Source: an uncultured Candidatus Saccharibacteria bacterium
GTDB taxonomy: Bacteria; Patescibacteriota; Minisyncoccia; 2-02-FULL-40-12; GWA2-44-9
Assembly (NCBI GenBank): GCA_964513645.1
Contig: CAZENF010000001.1
Span: 135,303 to 199,302, forward strand
Reading direction: 5' to 3'
Length of the DNA stretch: 64,000 nucleotides
A program made the position numbers and the translations under genes. Positions 1 through 9,903 of the stretch are shown here, in pieces. The first letter of the stretch is position 1, and each line of letters opens with the position of its first letter. Under the pieces are notes generated by a model that had not been told where the DNA came from, did no database searches, and was given only the letters and a program-made list of their open reading frames with translations.

Positions 1-1
1 G

Positions 2-1045
2 CCTTATACCCTTATTGATTTCTTCATTTCCAAAGGTGAGTTTTTGACAATTATTGACGAATCCCACATCTCTCTCCCACAGGTCAGAGGCATGTTCCAC
101 GGCGACCATTCACGCAAAAGCACTTTGGTTAATTACGGTTTCCGCCTGCCTTCGGCTCTCGACAACCGTCCGCTCAAATTCCCTGAATTCAACAAACGCA
201 TTCAGAAAATAATTTATGTTTCCGCCACTCCAGGCAAATACGAACTTGAAAAAGCCGGCAAGACCAACATCGCTGAACAGCTGATACGCCCGACCGGCCT
301 TCTCGACCCGACCATTGAGATTCAGCCGACCAAGAACCAGATTGAACATCTAAAAGAAGAGATTCAAAAACGCATCACCAAAAAAGAAAGAATAATCGTA
401 ACGACTTTGACCAAAAGAATGGCCGAAGATCTTTCCGAATTCTTAGCGGATGCAGGGATTAAGGTTAATTATCTTCACTCCGAGATTAAAACCCTCGAGC
501 GCCTTAAAATACTAAAAGATTTCCGTCTCGGTCATTATGACGTTATCGTCGGCGTTAATTTGCTACGAGAAGGACTCGACTTGCCGGAGGTCTCGTTGAT
601 TGCAATTCTTGATGCCGATAAAGAAGGCTTCCTAAGAAACACTACGACCCTTATCCAGACGATGGGCCGGGCCGCCAGGCACATTAACGGCCATGTAATT
701 TTATATGCCGATAAGATGACAAATTCTATTAAATCTGCGGTTCATGAAACGAACCGCCGCAGGGAAAAGCAGGAAAAACACAATCAGGAGAACAATATTA
801 CGCCGAAAAGCATCAAAAAAGACATCGGCAATTTCGACCTGCCGATATCCAACAACGGTCTTAACAAAACTAAGCGCTGGGGCCAGGACGAAGAAGACAT
901 GGTCTATGTTTTCGGTAACGGTTCAAAAGGTAAAATAATCGGCCAGTTGACCAAAATGATGGAACGAGCAGCCAGAAAAATGGAATATGCCAGAGCTTTA
1001 GCTTTGCGTGAACAAATAAGAAAAATTAAGAGCGATACCGTATAA
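2..1045 (+). CDS. uvrB: Excinuclease ABC subunit B, C-terminal part (5' end lies outside the window)
   Basis: The translation carries helicase C-terminal motifs (QTMGRAARH) and a terminal UVR domain (MERAARKMEYARALALREQIRKIK). The reading frame is open to the window edge. Confidence 0.9.
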   Translation, partial: PYTLIDFFISKGEFLTIIDESHISLPQVRGMFHGDHSRKSTLVNYGFRLPSALDNRPLKFPEFNKRIQKIIYVSATPGKYELEKAGKTNIAEQLIRPTGLLDPTIEIQPTKNQIEHLKEEIQKRITKKERIIVTTLTKRMAEDLSEFLADAGIKVNYLHSEIKTLERLKILKDFRLGHYDVIVGVNLLREGLDLPEVSLIAILDADKEGFLRNTTTLIQTMGRAARHINGHVILYADKMTNSIKSAVHETNRRREKQEKHNQENNITPKSIKKDIGNFDLPISNNGLNKTKRWGQDEEDMVYVFGNGSKGKIIGQLTKMMERAARKMEYARALALREQIRKIKSDTV

Positions 1046-1048
1046 TTA

Positions 1049-1075
1049 AAAACGGGAGTTTATTCCCGTTATTTG
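1049..1075 (+). terminator. Rho-independent terminator after uvrB
   Basis: Hairpin AACGGGAG-tttat-TCCCGTT followed by ATTT. Confidence 0.5.
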
Positions 1076-1229
1076 AACAAAAAACCCATAATTGCTAAGG
1101 ATGCTCCGATAAATCTCAAAATAAATCCGGCTTTAGACTTGTTATCAAAATTAAATACAAACAAAGCCACGCCGATTCCTATCAAAGCATTCAGAAAGAG
1201 ACCCATTGTAACCTCGCGTGTTTAAGAAT

Positions 1230-1724
1230 CTACTTTTTTATTTCTAAATGATATCTGGATTTCAGAAAATCAATCAAAACGCCCTGTTGCATTTCGGCAA
1301 GATTGAATATCCTTACGAAAACCCAGTCTTGTCCGTTGCGCTGAAACAAATAAGCTTGCATATCGGAAGTTAAAATATCGCCATTATCTTGCCATTGCCC
1401 GCCTTCCACAAAAAAAGTCCCAAGCCATAAATTTCCGTTATCTCTACGAAATATATTTACGGTATATCTTTTCAAATTTTCAATATCAGTCCGCTGATAG
1501 GTATTGCCGGCTACTTCAAAAGTTTTGCCGTCATTGTCGCCGGTCATTGTCCATGAATTTGTTAAAGGCCAGTTGCTATAATCCGGAAATGACGGAAAAG
1601 GCTGAGCCGGTTGAGAACTGGCCTGAACAGAAAATGTCAGCAACAATAAAAGTACTGAAAAGCAAATAAACGCCAGGTTTTTTGACTTCACAATTTTCCT
1701 CAAACTTTTTAAGGCACCTTGCAT
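1230..1724 (-). CDS. Hypothetical secreted protein with an N-terminal signal peptide
   Basis: 164-aa ORF with a hydrophobic N-terminus (AFICFSVLLLLLTFSVQASS). No recognisable motif. Confidence 0.5.
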   Translation of the reverse strand: MQGALKSLRKIVKSKNLAFICFSVLLLLLTFSVQASSQPAQPFPSFPDYSNWPLTNSWTMTGDNDGKTFEVAGNTYQRTDIENLKRYTVNIFRRDNGNLWLGTFFVEGGQWQDNGDILTSDMQAYLFQRNGQDWVFVRIFNLAEMQQGVLIDFLKSRYHLEIKK

Positions 1725-1756
1725 AATATAATAAAATATATTAATATATACAAGTT

Positions 1757-2017
1757 ATGCCTATAACTAAATCAGCCCAAAAAGCGTTAAGACAATCCAA
1801 GAAAAGAAGGATAGCCAACCTTCAAAGAGCCAATACTTATAAAGCTGAATTTAAGAAGCTCAAAAAAATGTCCTCTGAAGGGCAGTTGAAGGACGCTCAG
1901 AAACAGCTGGCCGAAGTTTATAAATCGATAGACAAAGCAGCTAAAACAGGAGTAATTAAGAAAAACAAGGCCTCTCGTCTCAAATCAGCCGCCTCGAAAC
2001 TCTTAGCCAAACAATAA
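1757..2017 (+). CDS. rpsT: 30S ribosomal protein S20
   Basis: 86 aa beginning MPITKSAQKALRQSKKRR with a basic helical S20 signature. An AT-rich promoter lies upstream. Confidence 0.9.
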   Translation: MPITKSAQKALRQSKKRRIANLQRANTYKAEFKKLKKMSSEGQLKDAQKQLAEVYKSIDKAAKTGVIKKNKASRLKSAASKLLAKQ

Positions 2018-2027
2018 CAAAACAAAA

Positions 2028-2050
2028 AAGCCCGGCCGGGGCTGTTTTGT
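2028..2050. terminator. Bidirectional GC hairpin terminator between rpsT and the FtsW-like gene
   Basis: AGCCCGGCCGGGGCT hairpin flanked by A- and T-tracts. Confidence 0.55.
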
Positions 2051-2052
2051 TA

Positions 2053-3129
2053 TCAGGCCTTCCTGGCAACGTTGAATACTATGCCCATCCCGGCGAGAAG
2101 CACCATCATCGCAGTTCCACCATAACTGACGAAAGGCAGTGGAACTCCGGTCAAAGGGGCAAGACCGGAAACCGCCGCAATATTTAGAAAGGCTTGGCCC
2201 AGTATCCAGGTCGCCATACCCATCACCAAAAGTTTGCCGAACTTGTCCTTGAGACTGTTGGCGGTATAACCCATCATCAGTCCGAACAGAACAAATAACC
2301 CTATCAATCCAGCCGCTCCGATGAAACCAAGTTCTTCCACTACCACCGCAAAAATAGAATCGTGGATAACCTCGGGCAAAAAGCCGAATTTTTGAGTGCT
2401 CTTTCCGTAACCGACCCCAAACATCCCGCCCGAACCTATCGCGATCATCGACTGGTTGAGCTGATAAGAAATCCCTTTCGGATCCAAGGACGGATCAAGA
2501 TATGTTTTAATCCGGTTCAGCCGATAAGGTTCGACGGTTATTATCAGAACAAAAATTCCCAATATCACCGCACCGATAAGAAAAAGGTGTTTCAAATTAG
2601 AACCAGCAAAAAAATAAATAGAGATTGAGATCAGGGTTACAACGATCAGAGTGCCAATGTCCGGTTGAAGAGCCAGAACACCGGCAACAAAGATAAGCAG
2701 AACAAAGAACGGCGCCATACCGAAAGCCCAGTTTTTTGTTCTTTCATCGCGGTTACTGAACCAGGCGGCCAGATATACTATCAAAGCCAATTTGAGAGCT
2801 TCCGAGGGTTGAAAAGAAAAACCGGCGATGCTAAGCCAGCGAGTTGCACCTTTAAGACCCTGGCCCAAATGAGGAGCAAAAACAGCCAGAAGCATAAAAA
2901 GCGCACCTAAGAGTATCAAAAAAGATATTTTTTTCAAAAATTTGTAATCTATCTTCCGGAAAATGAACATTAAAATAAGCCCCGGCAAAACACCTAAGAG
3001 AAGCTGCCGGTTTAAATAATAGTATGGGGAACCAAAATTTTTCTGGCCCTCAACAAGTCCGGCAGACGACAAAACAACCAACCCAAAGATCAGCAGTATC
3101 ATCGTCATTCCAAAAAGCACTTTGGACAT
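2053..3129 (-). CDS. SEDS-family cell-division / peptidoglycan polymerase (FtsW/RodA)
   Basis: Polytopic membrane protein with the C-terminal motif GGTAMMVLLAGMGIVFNV typical of FtsW/RodA. It sits in a region with mraY and ddl. Confidence 0.85.
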   Translation of the reverse strand: MSKVLFGMTMILLIFGLVVLSSAGLVEGQKNFGSPYYYLNRQLLLGVLPGLILMFIFRKIDYKFLKKISFLILLGALFMLLAVFAPHLGQGLKGATRWLSIAGFSFQPSEALKLALIVYLAAWFSNRDERTKNWAFGMAPFFVLLIFVAGVLALQPDIGTLIVVTLISISIYFFAGSNLKHLFLIGAVILGIFVLIITVEPYRLNRIKTYLDPSLDPKGISYQLNQSMIAIGSGGMFGVGYGKSTQKFGFLPEVIHDSIFAVVVEELGFIGAAGLIGLFVLFGLMMGYTANSLKDKFGKLLVMGMATWILGQAFLNIAAVSGLAPLTGVPLPFVSYGGTAMMVLLAGMGIVFNVARKA

Positions 3130-3171
3130 TACTTAATTTTATTACATTCTGCTTGTATTTCCAAACAAAAC

Positions 3172-3201
3172 TTGACATATCTGGATAAAATTATGTATAA
3201 T
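3172..3201 (+). promoter_or_regulatory. Sigma70-type promoter for the ABC transporter gene
   Basis: TTGACA at 3172-3177, an 18-nt spacer, and TGtTATAAT at 3194-3201. Confidence 0.5.
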
Positions 3202-3217
3202 CTATAATCTTTGTTCG

Positions 3218-5083
3218 TTGACAATGGGGGCTAAGTTAGTGGAAAACAGCCAAGAATCTGCTAAAAAGAACATCTCGACCAATATGAAGCGGGTAGTCCC
3301 CTATCTGTCCGAATATAAATTCAAGATAACCATAATCATTCTCGGCTCACTGTTGTTTGCCCTTATTCGTCTGATAGACCCATACATTTACCGGATAGTA
3401 ATGGATGATGTCCTGGTTAAGGCCTATACGGGCAACCTGTCATTAGGTCCCGCCATCCGAACCGTAGCCATCGCCTGTTCCGTGATATTTTTTCTGCGCA
3501 TAGTCACCAGTTCTGTTTTTGGATTTTACTCCTATCTAAGTCTCGAGGTCGGCAATCGCATCGAAATGAAGATGTTCAGAGATGCCTTGGCCCATCTTCA
3601 ATCGCTTGATATGAGTTTTCACCATAACCAGAATTCGGGCGAGGTTCTGGCTAAAGTTGAGCGAGGTATCGGCGGACTTCAAAGGGTCATGCACGATAAC
3701 CTGTCCAAATTTTTTCTACCAGGTACGATAAACGTAACCTGTCTGTTGGTCTGGATATTTTACCAGAACTGGAAAATGGCCGTTGCGGCGACATTCTTCA
3801 TTCCCTTCCATATCTATTTCTCTTTGGGAAAAGCGAAGCCGATATACGAAGAGCAGTCAAAGATAAACAAGGCCGAAGAAAAAATATATCACCGGGCCTA
3901 TGAAGGAATTTATAACGTCGAAGCGGTAGTTTCTTTCAACGCTTCGCGGCACGAATTAAGTCTTTTTGATAAAGAGAGGATACCGGCCTTTTATTCTCAG
4001 CTCCGGATCGCCAAGTGGTGGCGGCTTTTGGGTTTTTCGGCTTCTTTTTTTGAAGTTCTCGGACGAACGGCGATAATAATCGTCGGAACCTACTTGACCA
4101 TTCAAAAGAAGGCCACGCCAGGCGAAATTCTGATGTTCCTCGCCTATATCACAATGCTTTATCAGCCGCTTCTCGACATGATCACCACTTACTTGAGCAT
4201 GCAGCAGGACCTTTCGAAAGTGCACCGGTTTTTCGATCTCTTGGACACAAAACCAAAAGTCACCGAGATATCTAATCCGATAGATATGTCTCCACTTAGG
4301 CATTCGATCGAATTGAAAAATGTTTCTTTCGGTTACGAGGATTCAACTGGCGTGATCAAAGACATGAATTTAGTCATCCCGGCGGGTAAAAAAATTGCCG
4401 TTGTAGGCAAGACCGGTGCGGGCAAATCGACTTTAGCAAGTTTGATCCAGAGGTTTTACGATCCCGAGGCCGGAATCATAACCGCTGACGGGAATGATCT
4501 CAGGAACATCGGACTTGAATCCTTAAGAAGACAGATAACAACCGTTCCCCAGCATGCCTTATTGTTCTCAAGGACGATAAAAGAAAATATCGCATATGGC
4601 TGTGATGAGCCGGACGATAATAAAATAATCGAAGCGGCACGGATTGCGAACGCACATGAATTCATCGACTCTAAGCCCGAAAAATACGACACGGTTATCG
4701 GCGAAAAAGGTGTGAAATTGTCCGGCGGTGAACAGCAGAGAATATCCATCGCCCGGGCGGTTTTTTCCAACGCCTCGCTTATCATTATGGACGAAGCGAC
4801 TTCGCATCTCGATACTGATTCAGAAGCAGTGGTCCAGGAAGCTCTTTGGAAATTAATGGAAGGCAAGACTGCGATAATCATCGCCCACCGCCTTTCTACA
4901 ATTCTAAGAGCAGATTCGATAGTGGTAATGGATAAAGGACGTATAATCGACCGTGGCACTAGCCAGGAACTTCTTGAAAGATGTCTGTTGTACAGAAGAC
5001 TTTATAACCGGCAATTCGAACTGGAAGATGATGATCTTGGTAATGAAAACAAGGTTGTAAATATTAAACGGCCGTCGAACTGA
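3218..5083 (+). CDS. ABC transporter permease/ATPase fusion (MsbA-like exporter)
   Basis: N-terminal 6-TM domain. Walker A GKTGAGKST, ABC signature LSGGEQQRISIARA, Walker B IIMDEATS. Start may be TTG at 3218 or ATG at 3224. Confidence 0.85.
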   Translation: MTMGAKLVENSQESAKKNISTNMKRVVPYLSEYKFKITIIILGSLLFALIRLIDPYIYRIVMDDVLVKAYTGNLSLGPAIRTVAIACSVIFFLRIVTSSVFGFYSYLSLEVGNRIEMKMFRDALAHLQSLDMSFHHNQNSGEVLAKVERGIGGLQRVMHDNLSKFFLPGTINVTCLLVWIFYQNWKMAVAATFFIPFHIYFSLGKAKPIYEEQSKINKAEEKIYHRAYEGIYNVEAVVSFNASRHELSLFDKERIPAFYSQLRIAKWWRLLGFSASFFEVLGRTAIIIVGTYLTIQKKATPGEILMFLAYITMLYQPLLDMITTYLSMQQDLSKVHRFFDLLDTKPKVTEISNPIDMSPLRHSIELKNVSFGYEDSTGVIKDMNLVIPAGKKIAVVGKTGAGKSTLASLIQRFYDPEAGIITADGNDLRNIGLESLRRQITTVPQHALLFSRTIKENIAYGCDEPDDNKIIEAARIANAHEFIDSKPEKYDTVIGEKGVKLSGGEQQRISIARAVFSNASLIIMDEATSHLDTDSEAVVQEALWKLMEGKTAIIIAHRLSTILRADSIVVMDKGRIIDRGTSQELLERCLLYRRLYNRQFELEDDDLGNENKVVNIKRPSN

Positions 5084-5090
5084 TCGGCCT

Positions 5091-5116
5091 AAAGAGCTCA
5101 GACGAGCTCTTTTTTG
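5091..5116. terminator. Bidirectional terminator
   Basis: AAGAGCTC-agac-GAGCTCTT followed by TTTTTG. It lies between convergent genes. Confidence 0.6.
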
Positions 5117-6175
5117 TTACAAAAGGGGCGGTATTTTTGAGTCCACCAGAAATATTATCAGGCCGATTATCGCTCCAATGGCGCTTATCATCCAAAAACG
5201 CATTGTAACCTGGGTCTCCGGCCAACCTAACGCTTCGAAATGATGGTGGATCGGGGTCGATAAAAATATTTTTTTGCCGCGGAACTTCTTAGATATAAGC
5301 TGAATGATCACGGAGAGGGATTCGATCATCGGAATTATCGCTATTACCGGTAGCAAAAGACCGGTATCCGTCAGGAGAGAAACGACCCCGACGGTAAAAC
5401 CAAGAGCCATTACGCCCGTATCCCCCATGAAAAATCTGGCCGGATAAATATTGAACCACAGAAAACCTACCAGAGCTCCGATTATCGCCGTCAGAAAAAC
5501 CGCCAGATCCATTCTGCCTTGGTCAAAAGCTATTGCCGTCAGAGCTCCGAAAATAACGAGAAAAACACCGCCGGAAAGACCATCCAGACCGTCGGTCTCG
5601 TTCATTGAGAATGCCGTCGCCACCGAAATAAAAATAAAATAAATAATATAGAACCAGCCAACGGTAACATCTCCCAGGAACGGGATATTTATCGCGTTAC
5701 GGCCAAGCTTGAAATAGAACCACCAGGCGCCGATGGCCGCAACCGCAATATAAAGCATGAGCCGGCGACTTATTCTCAATCCGCCCCGTTTAAAGATCCC
5801 GAGAACATCATCAAGCATTCCGACCAGACCGGCAAAGATCAGAATACCCAAGGGCAGAAAGGTCTGGCTTCTTGATAAAAAATTGACCCGTGACCAGAAA
5901 CCATCAATAGTGTTTGAGAGTATAAAAAAGAAAATTGTCAGACAGCTGACAGTGACCCATATTGGCAGACCGCCCATGGTCGGCGTGCCTTCTTTTTTCT
6001 TGTGAAGCTGATTGAAAACCGGGGCATTAGATTTTTCTATCTCTTTTCCGGGTTTAAAATGTTTATCAAGTATTTTTGTCCAGAAAGAAGTAATTATCAA
6101 GTTAATAAAAAAAGCCAGCGTCCCGACTATGAATACTCTGACAATATTAAATATCGTAAAGATTTGATTCTGCAT
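5117..6175 (-). CDS. mraY: Phospho-N-acetylmuramoyl-pentapeptide transferase
   Basis: Motifs MLDDV, FMGDTGVMALG and PIHHHFEALGW are diagnostic of MraY (glycosyltransferase family 4). Confidence 0.85.
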   Translation of the reverse strand: MQNQIFTIFNIVRVFIVGTLAFFINLIITSFWTKILDKHFKPGKEIEKSNAPVFNQLHKKKEGTPTMGGLPIWVTVSCLTIFFFILSNTIDGFWSRVNFLSRSQTFLPLGILIFAGLVGMLDDVLGIFKRGGLRISRRLMLYIAVAAIGAWWFYFKLGRNAINIPFLGDVTVGWFYIIYFIFISVATAFSMNETDGLDGLSGGVFLVIFGALTAIAFDQGRMDLAVFLTAIIGALVGFLWFNIYPARFFMGDTGVMALGFTVGVVSLLTDTGLLLPVIAIIPMIESLSVIIQLISKKFRGKKIFLSTPIHHHFEALGWPETQVTMRFWMISAIGAIIGLIIFLVDSKIPPLL

Positions 6176-6181
6176 TTTATA

Positions 6182-7111
6182 TTATTTCCAACTGTAAGCG
6201 GTCCTGACCCAATCCACCAGTTTCTGGCTGTCACTGAAACGGTCCTGCGAACCCAAGACAATACTTACTATTTTACCATCATAACCCGGTACGCGCGTCA
6301 CCAATATCAAACACTGGCCAGCACCATCAGTGTAGCCGGTCTTGCCGCCGATTATATCTTGAAGCATGCCCAAGAGACGATTAGTGCTGCTAATCGAATG
6401 CTTAATGCTTTCATCTGAAGATTCAATGATGGCCGTTTTTTCAGAAGATATGTCCCAGATCTCAGGATAATTTAAAGAATATGTCACTAATTTTACCAGA
6501 TCCTGAGCGGTTGAATAGGCCTCATCGTTCAGGCCGGCTGGGTCGAGAAAATTAGAATTTTTCATTTCTAAAGCTGCCGCTTTATTGTTCATCATCTCGA
6601 TAAAGTTCAAATCCTTTGTTTTGCCATAAGCTGATATGGCATAGGCCGCATCATTAGACGATTCAATGAGCATCATCTTAAGCAAATTACTGATAGCCAT
6701 TTTTTCACCCAGATAAAGGTCCTGTTTCTGGCCATCGACCCTTATCGAACTTGAACCGATGGTGATAATGTCGTTCTGATCAAGATTCTCAAGCGTTACG
6801 ACCGCGCTTAAAACCTTGGTCAGAGAGGCTATCGGAACTTTGACCGAAGTATTTTTTTCATATAAAAAACGGCTGGAACGAGTATCGTATACCACTGCTG
6901 ATTTAGCACTAATGACCGGACGGCTAATATTTGAATCAAGAACCGGGATATAATTTGGTCCGCCAGAAATAGGAAGAAGATATGCCTGGGTTCGGTCTTT
7001 TTGAGTAACTATCGGGACTGGCAGGTCAGATGAGTTTTTGAAAGCCAAAAAAAAGTTAATTCCAAAGAGAGCAATAATTGTTATTGTTGCGGCGTAAACT
7101 CTTTTTAGCAT
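6182..7111 (-). CDS. D-alanyl-D-alanine carboxypeptidase (peptidase S11, PBP5-like)
   Basis: SxxK active site ASLTK, SxN motif ESSNDA, and KTG motif GGKTGYT. Confidence 0.8.
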   Translation of the reverse strand: MLKRVYAATITIIALFGINFFLAFKNSSDLPVPIVTQKDRTQAYLLPISGGPNYIPVLDSNISRPVISAKSAVVYDTRSSRFLYEKNTSVKVPIASLTKVLSAVVTLENLDQNDIITIGSSSIRVDGQKQDLYLGEKMAISNLLKMMLIESSNDAAYAISAYGKTKDLNFIEMMNNKAAALEMKNSNFLDPAGLNDEAYSTAQDLVKLVTYSLNYPEIWDISSEKTAIIESSDESIKHSISSTNRLLGMLQDIIGGKTGYTDGAGQCLILVTRVPGYDGKIVSIVLGSQDRFSDSQKLVDWVRTAYSWK

Positions 7112-7113
7112 GA

Positions 7114-8505
7114 CTATTTTTCAGATTTAAGATGTAATTCCTTGAGCTGTTTCTTCTCAAGCTCCGACGGACTGCCCATCATTAGGTCGCGCGCGTCGCC
7201 AGTTTTTGGAAAAGCAATGACTTCTCTGATGTTCGGCTCGTCATTCAGGATTGAAACGAATCTATCGAGACCCCAGGCAATTCCACCGTGTGGCGGCGCA
7301 CCCGAACCAAGGGCCCGGATCATATGTCCGAAATTATCATCTATCCTCTGTTTTTCAAAACCCATTATCTCAAATACTTTTTCTAAGGCTTCCGACTGAT
7401 GATTCCTGATGCTACCGCCTCCTATTTCCAGACCGTTCAAAACAACATCATATTGAGTAGTGAGTATCTCCCCTACTTTTTCTTTTTTCAAAAGCAAGTC
7501 CATATGGTCCGGAACGGGCCGGGAAAAAGGGTTATGGGTAAAGGTCCAGCCGCCATCATCGGTTTTTTCAAAAAACGGAAAATCAACGATCCAGCAAAAA
7601 GCCAGAAGGTCAGGGTCATTTTTGTCTTTCCTGATATCCGGCCGATCGGTGTCATATTTTTTCATCGCTTCATGATAATTGAGGCGCGGGAAAGGGATTT
7701 CCTGGATTCTTTTTTTGGGATAAAGTTTCTGGACTATCTCGATAAGCAGTTTCTCGTTCAAAGCCATTACGTCTTCGCGGTCGACGAAACTCATTTCCAA
7801 GTCGAGCTGGGTAAATTCCGGTTGTCTGTCACCGCGAGTATCCTCGTCTCTGAAACATCGGGCTATCTGAAAATATTTTTCAAGACCTGCCACCATCAAA
7901 AGCTGTTTATACTGCTGGGGTGACTGCGGTAGAGCATAAAATTTGCCCGAATATAAACGTGAAGGCACAACATAATCCCGGGCGCCTTCGGGAGTTGATT
8001 TGGTCAGTATCGGCGTCTCTATCTCAAAAAAACCCTCATGGTCGAGATAATCTCGTATTAGCTTAATTATCCGGTGACGGGCGGCCATATTGTTTTTCAT
8101 TCTCTCACGCCGTAAATCGACATAGCGGTATTCCATGCGGTGGTCTTCGCCAATTTCACGACCGTCGGTATCAACCGGGAACGGAGGAGTTACAGCTTTG
8201 TTCAAAACCTCGAGTTCCGTTGGCTCTATCTCTACCTTGCCCGTCTCGATATCAAGATTGACCATCTTTTCAGGACGTTCTTTGACCTTGCCTCTTACCC
8301 GAATGACCCATTCCGACCTCAACTGACTCGCGGTTTCATAGAGGTCTTTGGTCCATGGACCGAAAACTATCTGGACCGAACCTGAACGGTCGCGCAAATC
8401 TATGAAAACTATCTTGCCGTGATCACGCCGAACATTGACCCAACCAAAAAGATCGACTTCCTTGCCGATAAGGTCTTTGGTTTCAGAGATATGATTGCGA
8501 TGCAT
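7114..8505 (-). CDS. aspS: Aspartate--tRNA ligase, short archaeal/eukaryal-type form lacking the GAD insertion
   Basis: Class II aaRS motifs (FRDEDTRGDRQPEFTQLD; GSGAPPHGGIAWGLDRFV) with an N-terminal OB fold. The first in-frame Met at 8550 overlaps a hairpin. Start proposed at MHRNHISE (8505). Confidence 0.8.
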   Translation of the reverse strand: MHRNHISETKDLIGKEVDLFGWVNVRRDHGKIVFIDLRDRSGSVQIVFGPWTKDLYETASQLRSEWVIRVRGKVKERPEKMVNLDIETGKVEIEPTELEVLNKAVTPPFPVDTDGREIGEDHRMEYRYVDLRRERMKNNMAARHRIIKLIRDYLDHEGFFEIETPILTKSTPEGARDYVVPSRLYSGKFYALPQSPQQYKQLLMVAGLEKYFQIARCFRDEDTRGDRQPEFTQLDLEMSFVDREDVMALNEKLLIEIVQKLYPKKRIQEIPFPRLNYHEAMKKYDTDRPDIRKDKNDPDLLAFCWIVDFPFFEKTDDGGWTFTHNPFSRPVPDHMDLLLKKEKVGEILTTQYDVVLNGLEIGGGSIRNHQSEALEKVFEIMGFEKQRIDDNFGHMIRALGSGAPPHGGIAWGLDRFVSILNDEPNIREVIAFPKTGDARDLMMGSPSELEKKQLKELHLKSEK

Positions 8506-8637
8506 AAAATTATCGTAGCATAAAAAAAGACAAAAATAAAAGACCCGCATTACGCAGGTCCGAGTTCAGTTGCTTCTAATTAGATCGAAAAAAATATCTT
8601 TTTGTCAAATAAAAATCGGATACACATCCGATTTAGT

Positions 8638-8847
8638 TCACCAATTGGTCACCCAGAGATATTCTCTTACAACTTTCCTGTTTATCTTGCCATATAAACC
8701 ATAGATATGGGTAAGCAATTCGATCATTTTAATCCCTCTTTTTTTCGCCAACTTCTTAAGTTTTTCGCCAAATTCGGTGAAAGTTTTTAAGAACTCGTCT
8801 ACCTCTTCTATCGACATCGCGTAACATTCAAAACTTTCTGATGCCAT
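8638..8847 (-). CDS. Hypothetical small helical protein
   Basis: 69-aa ORF between aspS and ddl with no recognisable motif. Confidence 0.35.
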   Translation of the reverse strand: MASESFECYAMSIEEVDEFLKTFTEFGEKLKKLAKKRGIKMIELLTHIYGLYGKINRKVVREYLWVTNW

Positions 8848-8854
8848 TATACTC

Positions 8855-9838
8855 CTAAGCCAATGAACTGGAGATTATAATATCCAACAATTGTGGGAAG
8901 GTCAAACCGGCAGTTAATGCCGCTTTGGGCAGAAGTGAGTTAGTGGTCAGGCCGGGCAGAGTGTTAGTTTCGAGAACATAAATATGCTGACCTTTGGCTC
9001 CTTTTTTAATTATCATATCCGTTCTCGAATAGGTTCGACAGCCAAGTATTCTGTGGGCTTTTAATGCCGCATCCTGAACGTTTTTTGTTGTCTCTTCGTC
9101 GAGACGGGCAGGAGTTATTTCATCCGAGTGCCCAAATTTGTATTTAGCATTGTAGTCGAAGAATTTATGGCCGTGTTTGGGAACTATTTCGCTTACCGGC
9201 AGAGCAGTCTCGGTCTGGCCATTAAAATTTTCAAGCACTCCGCAGGTTACTTCCGTTCCGGCGATGAATTCCTCAACCAGAACCTTCTTGTCAAAACGGA
9301 AAGCTTCTTTGACCGCTTCCTCGAGTTGTTTTTTATTTGCGGCTATTCTGACCCCGACCGAGGAACCGTTGGAACAGGGTTTGACTACAACCGGAAAATT
9401 AACGACTTTATTAACAAAAACATTCAAGGTCGCCTGATAGTTGTCCCCTTTTCTTATCTTGAGGGTTTTGGGGGTCTCGAGGCCGGACAGTTTGAAAAGT
9501 TCCCGGCTTTTAAGTTTATCCATCGCCAGAGCCGAAGCGGCAATGCCTGAACCGGTATATTTGGCGCCATAATACTCGAGAAGGGCTTGGGCCTGGCCGT
9601 CTTCGCCGAACTTGCCGTGGAGAGCATTAAACACAAGATTGCATTCTCTGACCGCCTCGGCCTCGGTTCTTTTCCGGCCGTTTACGAACCATTCGTTCTC
9701 TTTGGATATTCTTATCGCCACCGGCTCGTACTTAATCTTATCCAAATTATCCAGAACATTCTGGCCGGTTGCCATTGAAACCTCGTATTCACTGGACGGA
9801 CCGCCCATTAGAACCCCGATTTTGAGAATTTTATTCAC
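8855..9838 (-). CDS. ddl: D-alanine--D-alanine ligase
   Basis: N-terminus MNKILKIGVLMGGPSSEYEVS, an ATP-grasp fold, and C-terminal LETNTLPGLT. Confidence 0.9.
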   Translation of the reverse strand: MNKILKIGVLMGGPSSEYEVSMATGQNVLDNLDKIKYEPVAIRISKENEWFVNGRKRTEAEAVRECNLVFNALHGKFGEDGQAQALLEYYGAKYTGSGIAASALAMDKLKSRELFKLSGLETPKTLKIRKGDNYQATLNVFVNKVVNFPVVVKPCSNGSSVGVRIAANKKQLEEAVKEAFRFDKKVLVEEFIAGTEVTCGVLENFNGQTETALPVSEIVPKHGHKFFDYNAKYKFGHSDEITPARLDEETTKNVQDAALKAHRILGCRTYSRTDMIIKKGAKGQHIYVLETNTLPGLTTNSLLPKAALTAGLTFPQLLDIIISSSLA

Positions 9839-9903
9839 GCCGATACTCTAACACAAAAACTTATAAATTTCAAAATAAAAACGGCTCATTGTAAAGCCGT
9901 TGT

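Noticed and set aside
110-349. Antisense and overlapping short ORFs from the six-frame track (e.g. 110-349 -, 744-938 +, 3956-4303 -, 4456-4959 -, 7142-7923 +, 9128-9778, 25901-26821 +, 43330-44891 +)
   Set aside because: They lie entirely within, and antisense to or out of frame with, well-supported long genes (uvrB, ABC transporter, aspS, ddl, VirD4-like, secA). They have no RBS or independent support.
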